Assembly (NCBI GenBank): GCA_038323715.1 | Contig: JBBQHF010000001.1 | Coordinates: 1 to 43,548, forward strand | Source: Patescibacteria group bacterium | Lineage (GTDB): Bacteria; Patescibacteriota; Patescibacteriia; Patescibacteriales; UBA12465 | DNA length: 43,548 bases | Reading direction: 5' to 3' | Shown here: positions 1 through 8,096 of the stretch, piece after piece | Numbering within the stretch: the first letter of the stretch is position 1 | How the letters are laid out: every line of letters starts with the position of its first letter | Program-made: the position numbers and the translations under genes | Notes under the pieces: model-generated | What the model was told of the DNA's origin: nothing | Seen by the model: only the letters and a program-made list of their open reading frames with translations | Databases searched by the model: none

Positions 1-1
1 A

Positions 2-388
2 AAACGTTTCATTGAAGCAGAATTTGTTGAAATAGCTGCGCCTCGGGACATAACTCCCAAGGATGCCAGCTTGCTGCCTAAAAATCAGCAATCAATAAAC
101 GAACCCAGCCAATCAAATCAGCAATCAATTGTACAAGACTCCGTCTTCACGCAAGGCACTTATATCATTGATGTAAAAGGAGAAACTCCTTTTAACATCG
201 TGGTTGTGCCAACTAAAATTGGTTGCGCTCGCTACAGCTTAGCTTCTCCGAGTTGGAATTATCAAATTTTAATTCCAGGGATGCCTCCTGTAGCCGGGAG
301 CCCAACAGCTCAACTCCCTTATCGAGATAGACCAACTTTTAGATTGGCATCTCAACAAGGTGACCAGGTTGTGCTAACAGTAAGTTAG
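2..388 (+). CDS. Hypothetical protein, 5'-partial (begins upstream of the window)
   Basis: Frame is open from position 2 (KRFIEAEFVEIAAPRDITPKDAS...) into the 71..388 ORF; followed by a terminator. Confidence 0.7.
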   Translation, partial: KRFIEAEFVEIAAPRDITPKDASLLPKNQQSINEPSQSNQQSIVQDSVFTQGTYIIDVKGETPFNIVVVPTKIGCARYSLASPSWNYQILIPGMPPVAGSPTAQLPYRDRPTFRLASQQGDQVVLTVS

Positions 389-409
389 CAATTTACGTAC
401 ATTATAATC

Positions 410-441
410 AGAGGACAATTAATACAATTGTCCTCTTTTTT
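410..441 (+). terminator. Intrinsic terminator
   Basis: AGAGGACAATT-aatac-AATTGTCCTCT perfect stem followed by a T-run. Confidence 0.8.
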
Positions 442-490
442 ATTTTCTAAAATACTGGTATAATAATATTAAGAATAAAATATTATTTTT

Positions 491-853
491 ATGAAAAAAG
501 TTATTTTTGGTTTTACTTTGTCTTTAATAATGATGAGTGTTGTTCTTGCCCCTCAGGTTATTGCACAAACAGAGAGTTGCCCTGGTGGTGCTGGAAAATG
601 TCTCCAGAATCCTCTCAACGTTGATACCCCCCAAGCACTTATCGGACAAATCATTAATTCCATTTTGGGAGTGGTCGGCTCAATCGCTTTGCTTATGTTT
701 GTCTATGGTGGAATAACCTGGATGACGTCTGCTGGTAGCCAGGAAAAAATTAAAAAAGGAAGAGATATTATCGTTTGGTCAGCAATCGGTTTAGTTATTA
801 TTTTCTCTGCTTACGGATTAGTTAGAGTCTTAATTGAGGGTGTTAAAAAGTAG
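491..853 (+). CDS. TrbC/VirB2-like (T4SS-type) pilin, CPR-type
   Basis: Signal peptide, L-x-NPL motif, two hydrophobic helices around 'YGGITWMTSAGSQEKIKKGRDII'. Confidence 0.8.
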   Translation: MKKVIFGFTLSLIMMSVVLAPQVIAQTESCPGGAGKCLQNPLNVDTPQALIGQIINSILGVVGSIALLMFVYGGITWMTSAGSQEKIKKGRDIIVWSAIGLVIIFSAYGLVRVLIEGVKK

Positions 854-867
854 TTTTTTGTTCCCGT

Positions 868-896
868 TTGACAGAAAGAAATAATTTATTTATTAT
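868..896 (+). promoter_or_regulatory. Sigma70-type promoter for tRNA-Tyr
   Basis: TTGACA(868-873)-17 nt-TATTAT(891-896). Confidence 0.7.
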
Positions 897-951
897 TAAG
901 CAGTAATTGATTTGCCGCCTCGGTTAATCTTTTTACGATATACAAATAAAC

Positions 952-1035
952 GGGTCGATACCAAAGCGGTCAACTGGGGCAGACTGTAAATCTGCTGGCC
1001 TTGTGCCTTCGTAGGTTCGAATCCTACTCGGCCCA
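952..1035 (+). tRNA. tRNA-Tyr(GTA)
   Basis: Acceptor GGGTCGA/TCGGCCC, anticodon arm GCAGA-CTGTAAA-TCTGC, long variable arm, T arm GTAGG-TTCGAAT-CCTAC; CCA not encoded. Confidence 0.97.
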
Positions 1036-1047
1036 CATTACAAACAT

Positions 1048-1071
1048 AAACAGGTAAATACCTGTTTTTTT
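1048..1071 (+). terminator. Intrinsic terminator after tRNA-Tyr
   Basis: AAACAGGT-aaat-ACCTGTTT plus T-run. Confidence 0.7.
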
Positions 1072-1085
1072 GTTGGCCTATATTA

Positions 1086-1114
1086 TTGACAATAAACAAT
1101 AAATATGATATTAT
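1086..1114 (+). promoter_or_regulatory. Sigma70-type promoter with extended -10
   Basis: TTGACA(1086-1091)-17 nt ending TGa-TATTAT(1109-1114). Confidence 0.7.
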
Positions 1115-1164
1115 AAATAGTTAAAATAGTTCGTTAATAATTATAACCTTAAAAATAAAATACC

Positions 1165-1767
1165 ATGAAGACATTTATTTGCTTTCTTCTTTTACTGCTA
1201 ATGTCTAGTAGCGCCTTTACTCAGTCAAAAAATGATTCAACGAGTATCCGCCTCTCAAGTATTGATATCTCGTCTGGCAAGGGGGCAATCACCTCCGGCC
1301 TGTACGTGTATGTTAATTTTGAGAGTAACAAGACTATGTTGCAGGCGACAATTAGTGAGAATGATTTAGAAATAACCTATTTCTACCGGCTATTTAAGGA
1401 CAAGCTTTTAGTCGGACCTAATGTTGGTTATTTTTATAATGTCCCTTACGCTGGGCCGATTGTTATTTTTTCTCCGGTAAAATTTATTTCAACTCTGCAT
1501 TGGTATGGTTGGTCTGCGGGCAAACCAGGGGAGAAAATTGAACCTAATACTTCATTTTTGTATGGCATCAATGCGATTACCTTAAATGCTTGGCGGTTTA
1601 ATGCCACTTATTGTCTCATTAATTATATGAACACTAAGCCGCAGCATACTGTTTCGCTGAAGTATTCCCAGCCGGTAAATAAAAACTTTTCAATTTACAC
1701 CGATGTCGGTTATGATTTTTTAAATCAAAATCAATTATTAAAAATTGGTATTAATTGGAAACCGTAG
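1165..1767 (+). CDS. Secreted protein, putative beta-barrel-like fold
   Basis: Signal peptide MKTFICFLLLLLMSSSAFT|Q; aromatic/Gly-rich alternating strands; C-terminal LLKIGINWKP. Confidence 0.65.
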   Translation: MKTFICFLLLLLMSSSAFTQSKNDSTSIRLSSIDISSGKGAITSGLYVYVNFESNKTMLQATISENDLEITYFYRLFKDKLLVGPNVGYFYNVPYAGPIVIFSPVKFISTLHWYGWSAGKPGEKIEPNTSFLYGINAITLNAWRFNATYCLINYMNTKPQHTVSLKYSQPVNKNFSIYTDVGYDFLNQNQLLKIGINWKP

Positions 1768-1774
1768 TTTCACA

Positions 1775-1804
1775 GGGAGTCTAGAATATCAGACTTCCTT
1801 TTTT
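1775..1804 (+). terminator. Intrinsic terminator
   Basis: GGGAGTCT...AGACTTCC stem (one G-U pair) plus T-run. Confidence 0.7.
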
Positions 1805-1888
1805 ATTTCTCAAAAGCTATAATATTAATATCCTTATTATAAGCGAGCCAAGTTCCTAAATTGTACTAGGCTTTTCACATTTATATTT

Positions 1889-1993
1889 ATGGCAATAATT
1901 AATTCTGATAAAATTGGAGTTGGGTTAGCTAAAATGTTTGCGATTGGGTTACTGGCCTTAGTAATTGTTATCATTCTTCTTTTATCATTCTAA
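1889..1993 (+). CDS. Small single-TM membrane peptide (34 aa), not in the ORF track
   Basis: MAIINSDKIGVGLAKMFAIGLLALVIVIILLLSF*; ends 10 nt before the mutM ATG. Confidence 0.5.
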   Translation: MAIINSDKIGVGLAKMFAIGLLALVIVIILLLSF

Positions 1994-2003
1994 TCGTTTA
2001 TAT

Positions 2004-2900
2004 ATGCCAGAACTGCCAGAAGTAGAAACTATTAGGCGTGATTTGGCCGATAGCATAATCGGTTGCGAGATTGTTAGTGTCCAAATATTGTCTTTGAAGA
2101 CCGCTCAAAATGAGGCGGCTTTTTTTGTTAATGTCCTTCGCTCACATAAAATAGAAAAAATTGAGAGAGTGGGGAAGTTGCTGATTTTAAAAATAAAGAA
2201 GAAAGTCGGCGATAAGGAAAATTTTTATTTGTTAGTTCACCTTAAAATGACGGGGCAACTAATTTTAGTAAGTGGAAAAAAGAAATTCGGCGGGGGGCAT
2301 AGTTTGGGCGGGAATTCATTTACGGATTCCGTTGGCGGAGAATTACCCAATAGACACACTAGAATAATTATTGATTTTAAAAATGGAGATAAAATATTTT
2401 TTAATGATTTGCGAAAATTTGGATATTTAAAAATTGTAGATGAGAAAGAATTAACGAGAATTATTAAGGTTGGCTATGGACCGGAGCCGCTTAAGTCAGA
2501 ATTTTCCGTGGCCTATTTAACACAAAAATTGAAAAATCGTAAAAAGAATATCAAGGCTTTTCTGCTAGATCAAAAAATGATTGCTGGTTTGGGCAATATC
2601 TATGTTGATGAGTCGTTATTTTTAGCAGGCATAAAACCGATGCGTTTGGCGGGGAGCTTAAAGGTTGCAGAAATTAAAAAATTGCATCAGGCAATTAATA
2701 CGATTATTAAAAAAGCGATCGCAAATAGGGGGACAACCTTTAATAATTATGTTGATTCGGCCGGCAAAAAAGGAAATTTCTCGCGCTTGCTAAAGGTTTA
2801 TGGCCGCGGCAAGTTACTCTGTTTAAAGTGTGCCCGTCCGCTTACAAAGATTAAATTGGCTGGCCGAGGGACTCATTATTGTGATTTTTGCCAGAAATAG
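2004..2900 (+). CDS. mutM: Formamidopyrimidine-DNA glycosylase (Fpg)
   Basis: MPELPEVET N-terminus (true start 2004), HLKMTG, H2TH GLGNIYVDESLF, C-terminal zinc finger CxxC...RGTHYCDFCQ. Confidence 0.97.
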   Translation: MPELPEVETIRRDLADSIIGCEIVSVQILSLKTAQNEAAFFVNVLRSHKIEKIERVGKLLILKIKKKVGDKENFYLLVHLKMTGQLILVSGKKKFGGGHSLGGNSFTDSVGGELPNRHTRIIIDFKNGDKIFFNDLRKFGYLKIVDEKELTRIIKVGYGPEPLKSEFSVAYLTQKLKNRKKNIKAFLLDQKMIAGLGNIYVDESLFLAGIKPMRLAGSLKVAEIKKLHQAINTIIKKAIANRGTTFNNYVDSAGKKGNFSRLLKVYGRGKLLCLKCARPLTKIKLAGRGTHYCDFCQK

Positions 2901-2919
2901 CCGATTTATTAAGTTTTAT

Positions 2920-2948
2920 TTGACTTTTAACCTGTTTTTATATATTGT
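2920..2948 (+). promoter_or_regulatory. Probable sigma70 promoter for rpmG
   Basis: TTGACT-17 nt-TATTGT. Confidence 0.5.
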
Positions 2949-3022
2949 TAAAGGGTGATAATAATTAAAAGTTCGTTTGGCTTTATTGGTAAGTATTAAA
3001 AGCTTAGACGACAGAAATAGAT

Positions 3023-3178
3023 ATGTCCCAAGACAACATGATCAAGCTGGAATGCACGGTTTGTAAAACTACTAACTACCATTCTCACAAAAACAAAAAG
3101 ACTCTTAAAGAGCGTTTAGAGATGAAAAAGTATTGCAATAAATGCAAGGCACACACTCTACACAAAGAGACTAAATAA
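3023..3178 (+). CDS. rpmG: 50S ribosomal protein L33, zinc-binding form; not in the ORF track
   Basis: [51 protein letters not shown]; two CxxC motifs. Confidence 0.96.
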   Translation: MSQDNMIKLECTVCKTTNYHSHKNKKTLKERLEMKKYCNKCKAHTLHKETK

Positions 3179-3242
3179 TTAATTTTTTTTGTCGCTTCCC
3201 CAACCCTTCTTAAGAGGGTGCGGCCGAGAAATTACAATCAAT

Positions 3243-4358
3243 ATGTCAAAAAGTTTAGCAAAGCCGTTTCTTCTGATACTGGTAATTTTTGTTTTGGCCG
3301 GTTCATATTTAGTATTTAAACCATTTTTAACGGAAATTTTCGTGGCGATAATTTTAGTTTCTATATTTTATCGTCCTTACGAGCTGTTAACTAAAAGCTT
3401 AAAAGGGAGATACAATTTAGCGGCGCTGTTAATGTGTTTGTTTCTCATGTTGGTGATAGTTGTTCCTCTAGTTAAGGCTTTTATATATGCTGGTGAAAAA
3501 TCAGTTATCGCTTATTCTCAAACAGTTGAATTCTTTAACCATCATGACGTAAATGATGTTTTTAAAGCTGATATTTTTCAAAATAGTTTTTTGAAGAATT
3601 TTGATATTATTAGTTTTAGCCAGCAACATGATGGTTTAAAAAATACAGTTTTGAATGTTGTCCAAAGTTCAAGTAATTGGTTAATTTCTGGAGCGGGGAT
3701 TGCCGTTAAGGAAACAACTAATTTTATTATTTCTTTGATTCTAATAATTTTGACGATGTTTTTCTTCTTTGTTGATGGGAAGAGAATGCTGCAAAAGTTA
3801 ATGCTCCTTTCCCCTTTGTCAGATAAATATGACATGGAAATATTTCAAAAATTTCGAGCGGTAAGTTATACAACTTTTATTTCTACTTTCGTAACCGCCA
3901 TTGCTCAAGGCGCTGTTGGCGCTATCGGGTTTGCTATTGTCGGCTTCCCGCCATTTTTGGCTGGTGTTTTAGTAGCTATGCTTTCTTTAATTCCATATAT
4001 CGGCTCAGCTTTATTTTATGTTCCGGTTGGAATATATTATTTGTTAATTGGTAACGTTTGGCAGGGAATTTTTATTCTTCTTTGGGGCTCACTTATCATC
4101 GGGACGGTTGATAACATTATTAGGGCCTACATGATTAAAGATAAAGCTGAGGTTAATCCAATTTTTGTGCTTATCTCTATCTTGGGCGGAATAACTCTAT
4201 TTGGCTTCTGGGGAGTTGTTTTGGGACCGCTAGTAGTTGCCTTAACCGCCTCCGTACTTCATATTTATGAATTAGAATTTTGTGAATCTCCAAGTATTAT
4301 TGATAAGCCATTAGAAGCTCAGCTTGAATCTAAAAATAAGAAACATAAACATAAATAA
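3243..4358 (+). CDS. AI-2E family (PerM-like) transporter
   Basis: Multi-TM protein; 'LSLIPYIGS', 'DNIIR', 'GGITLFGFWGVVLGP'; likely start ATG 3243. Confidence 0.9.
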   Translation: MSKSLAKPFLLILVIFVLAGSYLVFKPFLTEIFVAIILVSIFYRPYELLTKSLKGRYNLAALLMCLFLMLVIVVPLVKAFIYAGEKSVIAYSQTVEFFNHHDVNDVFKADIFQNSFLKNFDIISFSQQHDGLKNTVLNVVQSSSNWLISGAGIAVKETTNFIISLILIILTMFFFFVDGKRMLQKLMLLSPLSDKYDMEIFQKFRAVSYTTFISTFVTAIAQGAVGAIGFAIVGFPPFLAGVLVAMLSLIPYIGSALFYVPVGIYYLLIGNVWQGIFILLWGSLIIGTVDNIIRAYMIKDKAEVNPIFVLISILGGITLFGFWGVVLGPLVVALTASVLHIYELEFCESPSIIDKPLEAQLESKNKKHKHK

Positions 4359-4364
4359 AAATAT

Positions 4365-4895
4365 ATGTTAGGACCAAAAACAAAAAAGAATTTAGAAGAT
4401 GCTTTCGCGGGCGAGTCAATGGCGCGTAATAAATATGATTACTTTGCTTCCGTTTTTTTGAAGGCGGGGTATGTGCAGATTGCTAATATTTTTGAAGAAA
4501 CTGCTCGCAACGAAAAAGAGCATGCTAAGCTTTGGGCTAAGTTGTTGGGTTATATTAGTAGTGATTTACGAGAAGACTTGCAAGCGGCTATTGATGGAGA
4601 AATGCATGAAACTAGTACTATGTATCCCCAAATGGCTAAGGAAGCTTTAGAAGAAGGACATCCAGAGATTGCTAAAATATTTACTGAAGTGGGAGAAGTG
4701 GAAGCCTCTCATGCCGCTCGTTATAAAAAATTATTAGAAAATTTAGAGAAGGGGGAAGTTTTTAAAAAGCCTGAGATTAAACGCTGGAAGTGTAATAATT
4801 GTGGTCATATTCACGAAGGGACTGAAGCGCCTCTAGTTTGTCCGGCTTGTTCTCATCCTCAAGCACATTTTGAAGTGTTTGAAGAAACTTATTAA
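4365..4895 (+). CDS. rbr: Rubrerythrin
   Basis: AFAGESMARNKY, ExxH di-iron motifs, C-terminal rubredoxin domain WKCNNCG...CPACSHP. Confidence 0.95.
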   Translation: MLGPKTKKNLEDAFAGESMARNKYDYFASVFLKAGYVQIANIFEETARNEKEHAKLWAKLLGYISSDLREDLQAAIDGEMHETSTMYPQMAKEALEEGHPEIAKIFTEVGEVEASHAARYKKLLENLEKGEVFKKPEIKRWKCNNCGHIHEGTEAPLVCPACSHPQAHFEVFEETY

Positions 4896-4936
4896 TTTCT
4901 AAATTAGCCGATGTAGATTGGTCAATATAAAAAAAT

Positions 4937-5077
4937 ATGAGTAATAGAATAAACAAAACTTATTTTTGCCGTATCTGTGGGAATGAAGTAAAATTTGAAA
5001 AAGATGGTGGCGGAAAGTTAATCTGTTGTGGCGAAGAGATGAGTATTAAGAAAGAAGGATTTGACGGCGAGGAGTAA
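4937..5077 (+). CDS. Desulforedoxin-type Fe(Cys)4 domain protein (46 aa); not in the ORF track
   Basis: MSNRINKTYFCRICGNEVKFEKDGGGKLICCGEEM...: YxCxxCGNxV...GGGxLxCCGxxM signature. Confidence 0.88.
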   Translation: MSNRINKTYFCRICGNEVKFEKDGGGKLICCGEEMSIKKEGFDGEE

Positions 5078-5120
5078 TTTTGTAATCATAGACAAGAGGA
5101 TTAAAATTGTTGTAATATAC

Positions 5121-5144
5121 AAATACTCCTTTTTAGGAGTATTT
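5121..5144. repeat. Perfect inverted repeat just upstream of tRNA-Trp
   Basis: AAATACTCCT-TTTT-AGGAGTATTT. Confidence 0.7.
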
Positions 5145-5146
5145 TT

Positions 5147-5217
5147 GCGGGATTCGTATAGTGGTAGTATAACGGTCTCCAAAACCGCTGGCGGGGGTTC
5201 GATTCCCTCATCCCGTG
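5147..5217 (+). tRNA. tRNA-Trp(CCA)
   Basis: Acceptor GCGGGAT/ATCCCGT, anticodon CCA at 5179-5181, T arm GGGGG-TTCGATT-CCCTC, discriminator G; CCA end not encoded. Confidence 0.96.
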
Positions 5218-5473
5218 CTAAACAAAAAACACAGAACTTTGTTCTGTGTTTTTTGTTTATGTTTGGGAGGGAATCGAACAGGTTGGAAGTGAGCGAGGAC
5301 TGAGGTCGGAAGACCGATGGACGAAGCGAGTGTCGGACGATATGCCAGTGGGCATATCGGACGCCAACCCAGGACAAGTGAGCTTTTTGCATTATGGCAA
5401 AAAGCGAGCGCGATAATTCCCTCATCCCGTGCTAAATAAAAACACAGAGCTAGCGTTCTGTGTTTTTTTTGTT
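5202..5473. mobile_element. Putative miniature tRNA-associated element bounded by a duplicated tRNA-Trp 3' end
   Basis: 21-bp direct repeat ATTCCCTCATCCCGTGCTAAA at 5202-5222 and 5416-5436, each followed by a similar terminator; GC-rich multi-hairpin core; no convincing ORF. Confidence 0.6.
5220..5258 (+). terminator. Terminator-like hairpin after tRNA-Trp (copy 1)
   Basis: AAACAAAAAACACAGAAC-ttt-GTTCTGTGTTTTTTGTTT. Confidence 0.8.
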
Positions 5474-5626
5474 GGCATAAGACAATATTATTTAATTTTA
5501 TGCTAATGTTAATTTAATCTTTTGAATATGTTATAATATAAAATAGTTATATTAAAATAAAAAGTTAAGTTTCTTATTAATTATGGTTAATTTCCTGTGT
5601 ATTATGGGAAAATCCAAAATAAACAT

Positions 5627-6034
5627 ATGAATATTCTAAGTTTTGCAAAAATGTATTTAGTTACCGTGCCGATCTTTTTCTTAATTGACCTTGTTTGGCT
5701 CGGAGTGATAGCCAAGGACATTTATCAAAAATATATGGGGCATCTTATGCGCCCTACTCCAAATTGGACGGCATCTATAGTTTTTTATCTACTTTTTATA
5801 GTAGGTCTAGTCATATTTGTTATAAATCCCGCAATTCAAAAAAATTCCTTAAACTATGCATTATTGTATGGGGCCATGTTTGGATTCTTTACTTACATGA
5901 CATTTGATTTAACGAGTCTAGCGGTTCTTAAAGACTGGCCTTGGCAAATAGTAATTATTGATATTATCTGGGGAGTAGTCCTTTCCACGTCGGTATCTGC
6001 AATTAGTTACTTTCTAATTAATAAATTTTTTTAG
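5627..6034 (+). CDS. DUF2177 family membrane protein
   Basis: 'IDLVWLG', 'YMTFDLTSLAVLKDWP...DIIWG'; likely start ATG 5627. Confidence 0.88.
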   Translation: MNILSFAKMYLVTVPIFFLIDLVWLGVIAKDIYQKYMGHLMRPTPNWTASIVFYLLFIVGLVIFVINPAIQKNSLNYALLYGAMFGFFTYMTFDLTSLAVLKDWPWQIVIIDIIWGVVLSTSVSAISYFLINKFF

Positions 6035-6066
6035 AATTAATTTAGATTACTAATTAAATTAAGAGT

Positions 6067-6831
6067 ATGAGTATCTTAGCCAGACAAGTGATTTCTTTAT
6101 TCATATACTTTAATCTTTGGTCATTTTTTGCGATAGCTAAAAAGAGAAATGATGTGGCTGATATCGCCTGGGGGACAGGTTTTGTATTACTGGCGTTAAT
6201 CGGGCTAATTTTTAACCCAACTATTAGAATGCAAGTTATTGCTATCGTTGTTATAGTTTGGGGAATGAGGCTAGCTATTCATATCGGAACCCGTTTTGCT
6301 AAAAGTGATAGCGAGGATAAACGATATGTATTAATGCGCAGTGGTTGGAAGGGAAAAGAAGCATTAAATTCTTGGTTTAGAATTTTTATGTTGCAGGGCT
6401 TATTGTTATTTTTTGTAGCAATGAGTATTATTGTTGTCGCTAACTTTGATAAGGGAGGTTGGAATTACGGACTTATTTTTGGTTTTTTGATTTGGGTTAT
6501 TGGGTTTGTTTTTGAAGTTGTTGGTGATAATCAATTAAAAAAATTTGTGGCTACAAAAAAGCAAAGTGGTGATATTATGAAAACAGGTCTTTGGAAATAT
6601 TCAAGGCACCCAAATTATTTTGGAGAAGCAGTGATGTGGTGGGGCATATGGGTAATGACTTGGGGGGTAGAGTATTTTTATCTTGGTATTATTGGGCCAG
6701 TACTCATTACATATTTACTGCGTTTTGTGTCCGGCGTTCCCATGGCAGAAAAAAGATATGCAGACAACCAAGAGTTTATTGAATATAAAAAAAAGACGCC
6801 GCCAATGATTCCAAATTTTTTTATAAAATAA
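6067..6831 (+). CDS. DUF1295 family membrane protein (steroid 5-alpha reductase/ICMT-like fold)
   Basis: 'DIAWG', 'WGMRLAIH', 'EDKRY', '[14 protein letters not shown]', 'SGVPMAEK'. Confidence 0.92.
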   Translation: MSILARQVISLFIYFNLWSFFAIAKKRNDVADIAWGTGFVLLALIGLIFNPTIRMQVIAIVVIVWGMRLAIHIGTRFAKSDSEDKRYVLMRSGWKGKEALNSWFRIFMLQGLLLFFVAMSIIVVANFDKGGWNYGLIFGFLIWVIGFVFEVVGDNQLKKFVATKKQSGDIMKTGLWKYSRHPNYFGEAVMWWGIWVMTWGVEYFYLGIIGPVLITYLLRFVSGVPMAEKRYADNQEFIEYKKKTPPMIPNFFIK

Positions 6832-6845
6832 TTTATTGATGAACT

Positions 6846-8096
6846 ATGAAAAAAAAACTAGCCATTGTGGGTACCGGTATCTCGGCGATGACTTGCGCAC
6901 ATTATCTTAAAAATGATTTTGATATTACAATTTTTGATAAAAATGATTATCCTGGAGGGCATACTCACACTCATAAAATAGAAGAAGGGGGGCACAAGTT
7001 CACGATTGATACAGGTTTTATTGTTTTTAATAAGGAAACATATGTACATATGTTAGAGATGTTTAAAGATCTCGGCATAGAAAAGAGAAATAGTAACATG
7101 TCTTTTTCAGTATTTAATAAAAATACAAATTTACAGTATGCTGGAACAAATTTTAGTACTATTTTTGCTCAAAAGAATAATATATTTTCTTTGAAATATT
7201 GGAAGTTTTTACTTGATATTAAAAAATTTTTTACAATCGCCCTGGCTGATTATCATTCTATTATTGGGACCGATGAAACCATCGCTGCTTATTGTAAGCG
7301 TAATGGGTTATCTGATTTTTTTATCAAAAATTATTTAGCACCAATGTCGGCTGCTGTTTGGTCTACTTCCCAAAAAGAAGCTTATAATTTTCCAATAGCA
7401 CTGCTGCTACCGTTTTTTTATAATCATGGGTTGCTACAAGCCTCAGGCCAGTATCAGTGGTATACGGTTAAAGGAGGCTCCAATACTTATACTAAAAAAA
7501 TATTAGAGAATAAAGAAATTAATCTGCATCTAAATGAAGAGGCACTGTTAGTAACGGAAAATAGCGATGGCGTATATTTAAAAACAGAGAAAGGCGAATA
7601 TAATTTTGATTATATGGTTTTGGCTAGTCATGCCGACGAAAGTTTAAAGATTGCCTCTAGTCTGCCGGGCGAAAAAAAGAAAATGCTAAGTGCTTTTAGC
7701 TATAATCCTAATTTAGCCGTGCTTCATACCGATGACAGTATAATGCCCAAAGTAAAAAAGGTTTGGTCAGCCTGGAATCAGATTATAGAGAAGGGGCGCG
7801 AAGAAATATCCTCAACGGTCTATTGGGTTAATAAATTACAGGACATAAAGTCAAAAACTAATTATTTTATTTCTGTTAATCCGACCGAAAAAATAAAAGA
7901 AGAAAAGATAATCAAAAGAATACAGTATCAACATCCAAATTTTACAGTTCATAATTTTGCTTTACAGAAACATCTTCAGGATTTGAATAAAAACACAAAA
8001 ATATTTTTTGCCGGAGCATATTTTGGTCATGGTTTTCATGAGGATGGCGTCAGGGCGGGGTTGGAGGCGGTTAGACAATTAAAAGCTAAATTATGA
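6846..8096 (+). CDS. FAD-dependent oxidoreductase, COG2907 type (UfaD-like)
   Basis: GTGISA dinucleotide motif, GGHTHT, DTGFIVFNxxTY, WSAWN, GAYFGHGFHEDG. Confidence 0.9.
   Translation: MKKKLAIVGTGISAMTCAHYLKNDFDITIFDKNDYPGGHTHTHKIEEGGHKFTIDTGFIVFNKETYVHMLEMFKDLGIEKRNSNMSFSVFNKNTNLQYAGTNFSTIFAQKNNIFSLKYWKFLLDIKKFFTIALADYHSIIGTDETIAAYCKRNGLSDFFIKNYLAPMSAAVWSTSQKEAYNFPIALLLPFFYNHGLLQASGQYQWYTVKGGSNTYTKKILENKEINLHLNEEALLVTENSDGVYLKTEKGEYNFDYMVLASHADESLKIASSLPGEKKKMLSAFSYNPNLAVLHTDDSIMPKVKKVWSAWNQIIEKGREEISSTVYWVNKLQDIKSKTNYFISVNPTEKIKEEKIIKRIQYQHPNFTVHNFALQKHLQDLNKNTKIFFAGAYFGHGFHEDGVRAGLEAVRQLKAKL

Noticed and set aside
896-1099. 67-aa minus-strand ORF
   Set aside because: It is the antisense reading of tRNA-Tyr
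1965-2003. N-terminal extensions in the ORF track (also 3189, 5597, 12770, 28819)
   Set aside because: These use upstream near-cognate starts; Fpg needs Pro2 (MPELPEV), and downstream ATGs fit the families better
5018-5425. ORFs 5018..5425(-) and 5061..5303(+) as possible proteins of the mini-element
   Set aside because: Both run through tRNA-Trp and its terminator and show no recombinase or transposase motifs
5202-5473. CRISPR array
   Set aside because: Only two repeat copies, tRNA-derived and 214 bp apart; no cas genes
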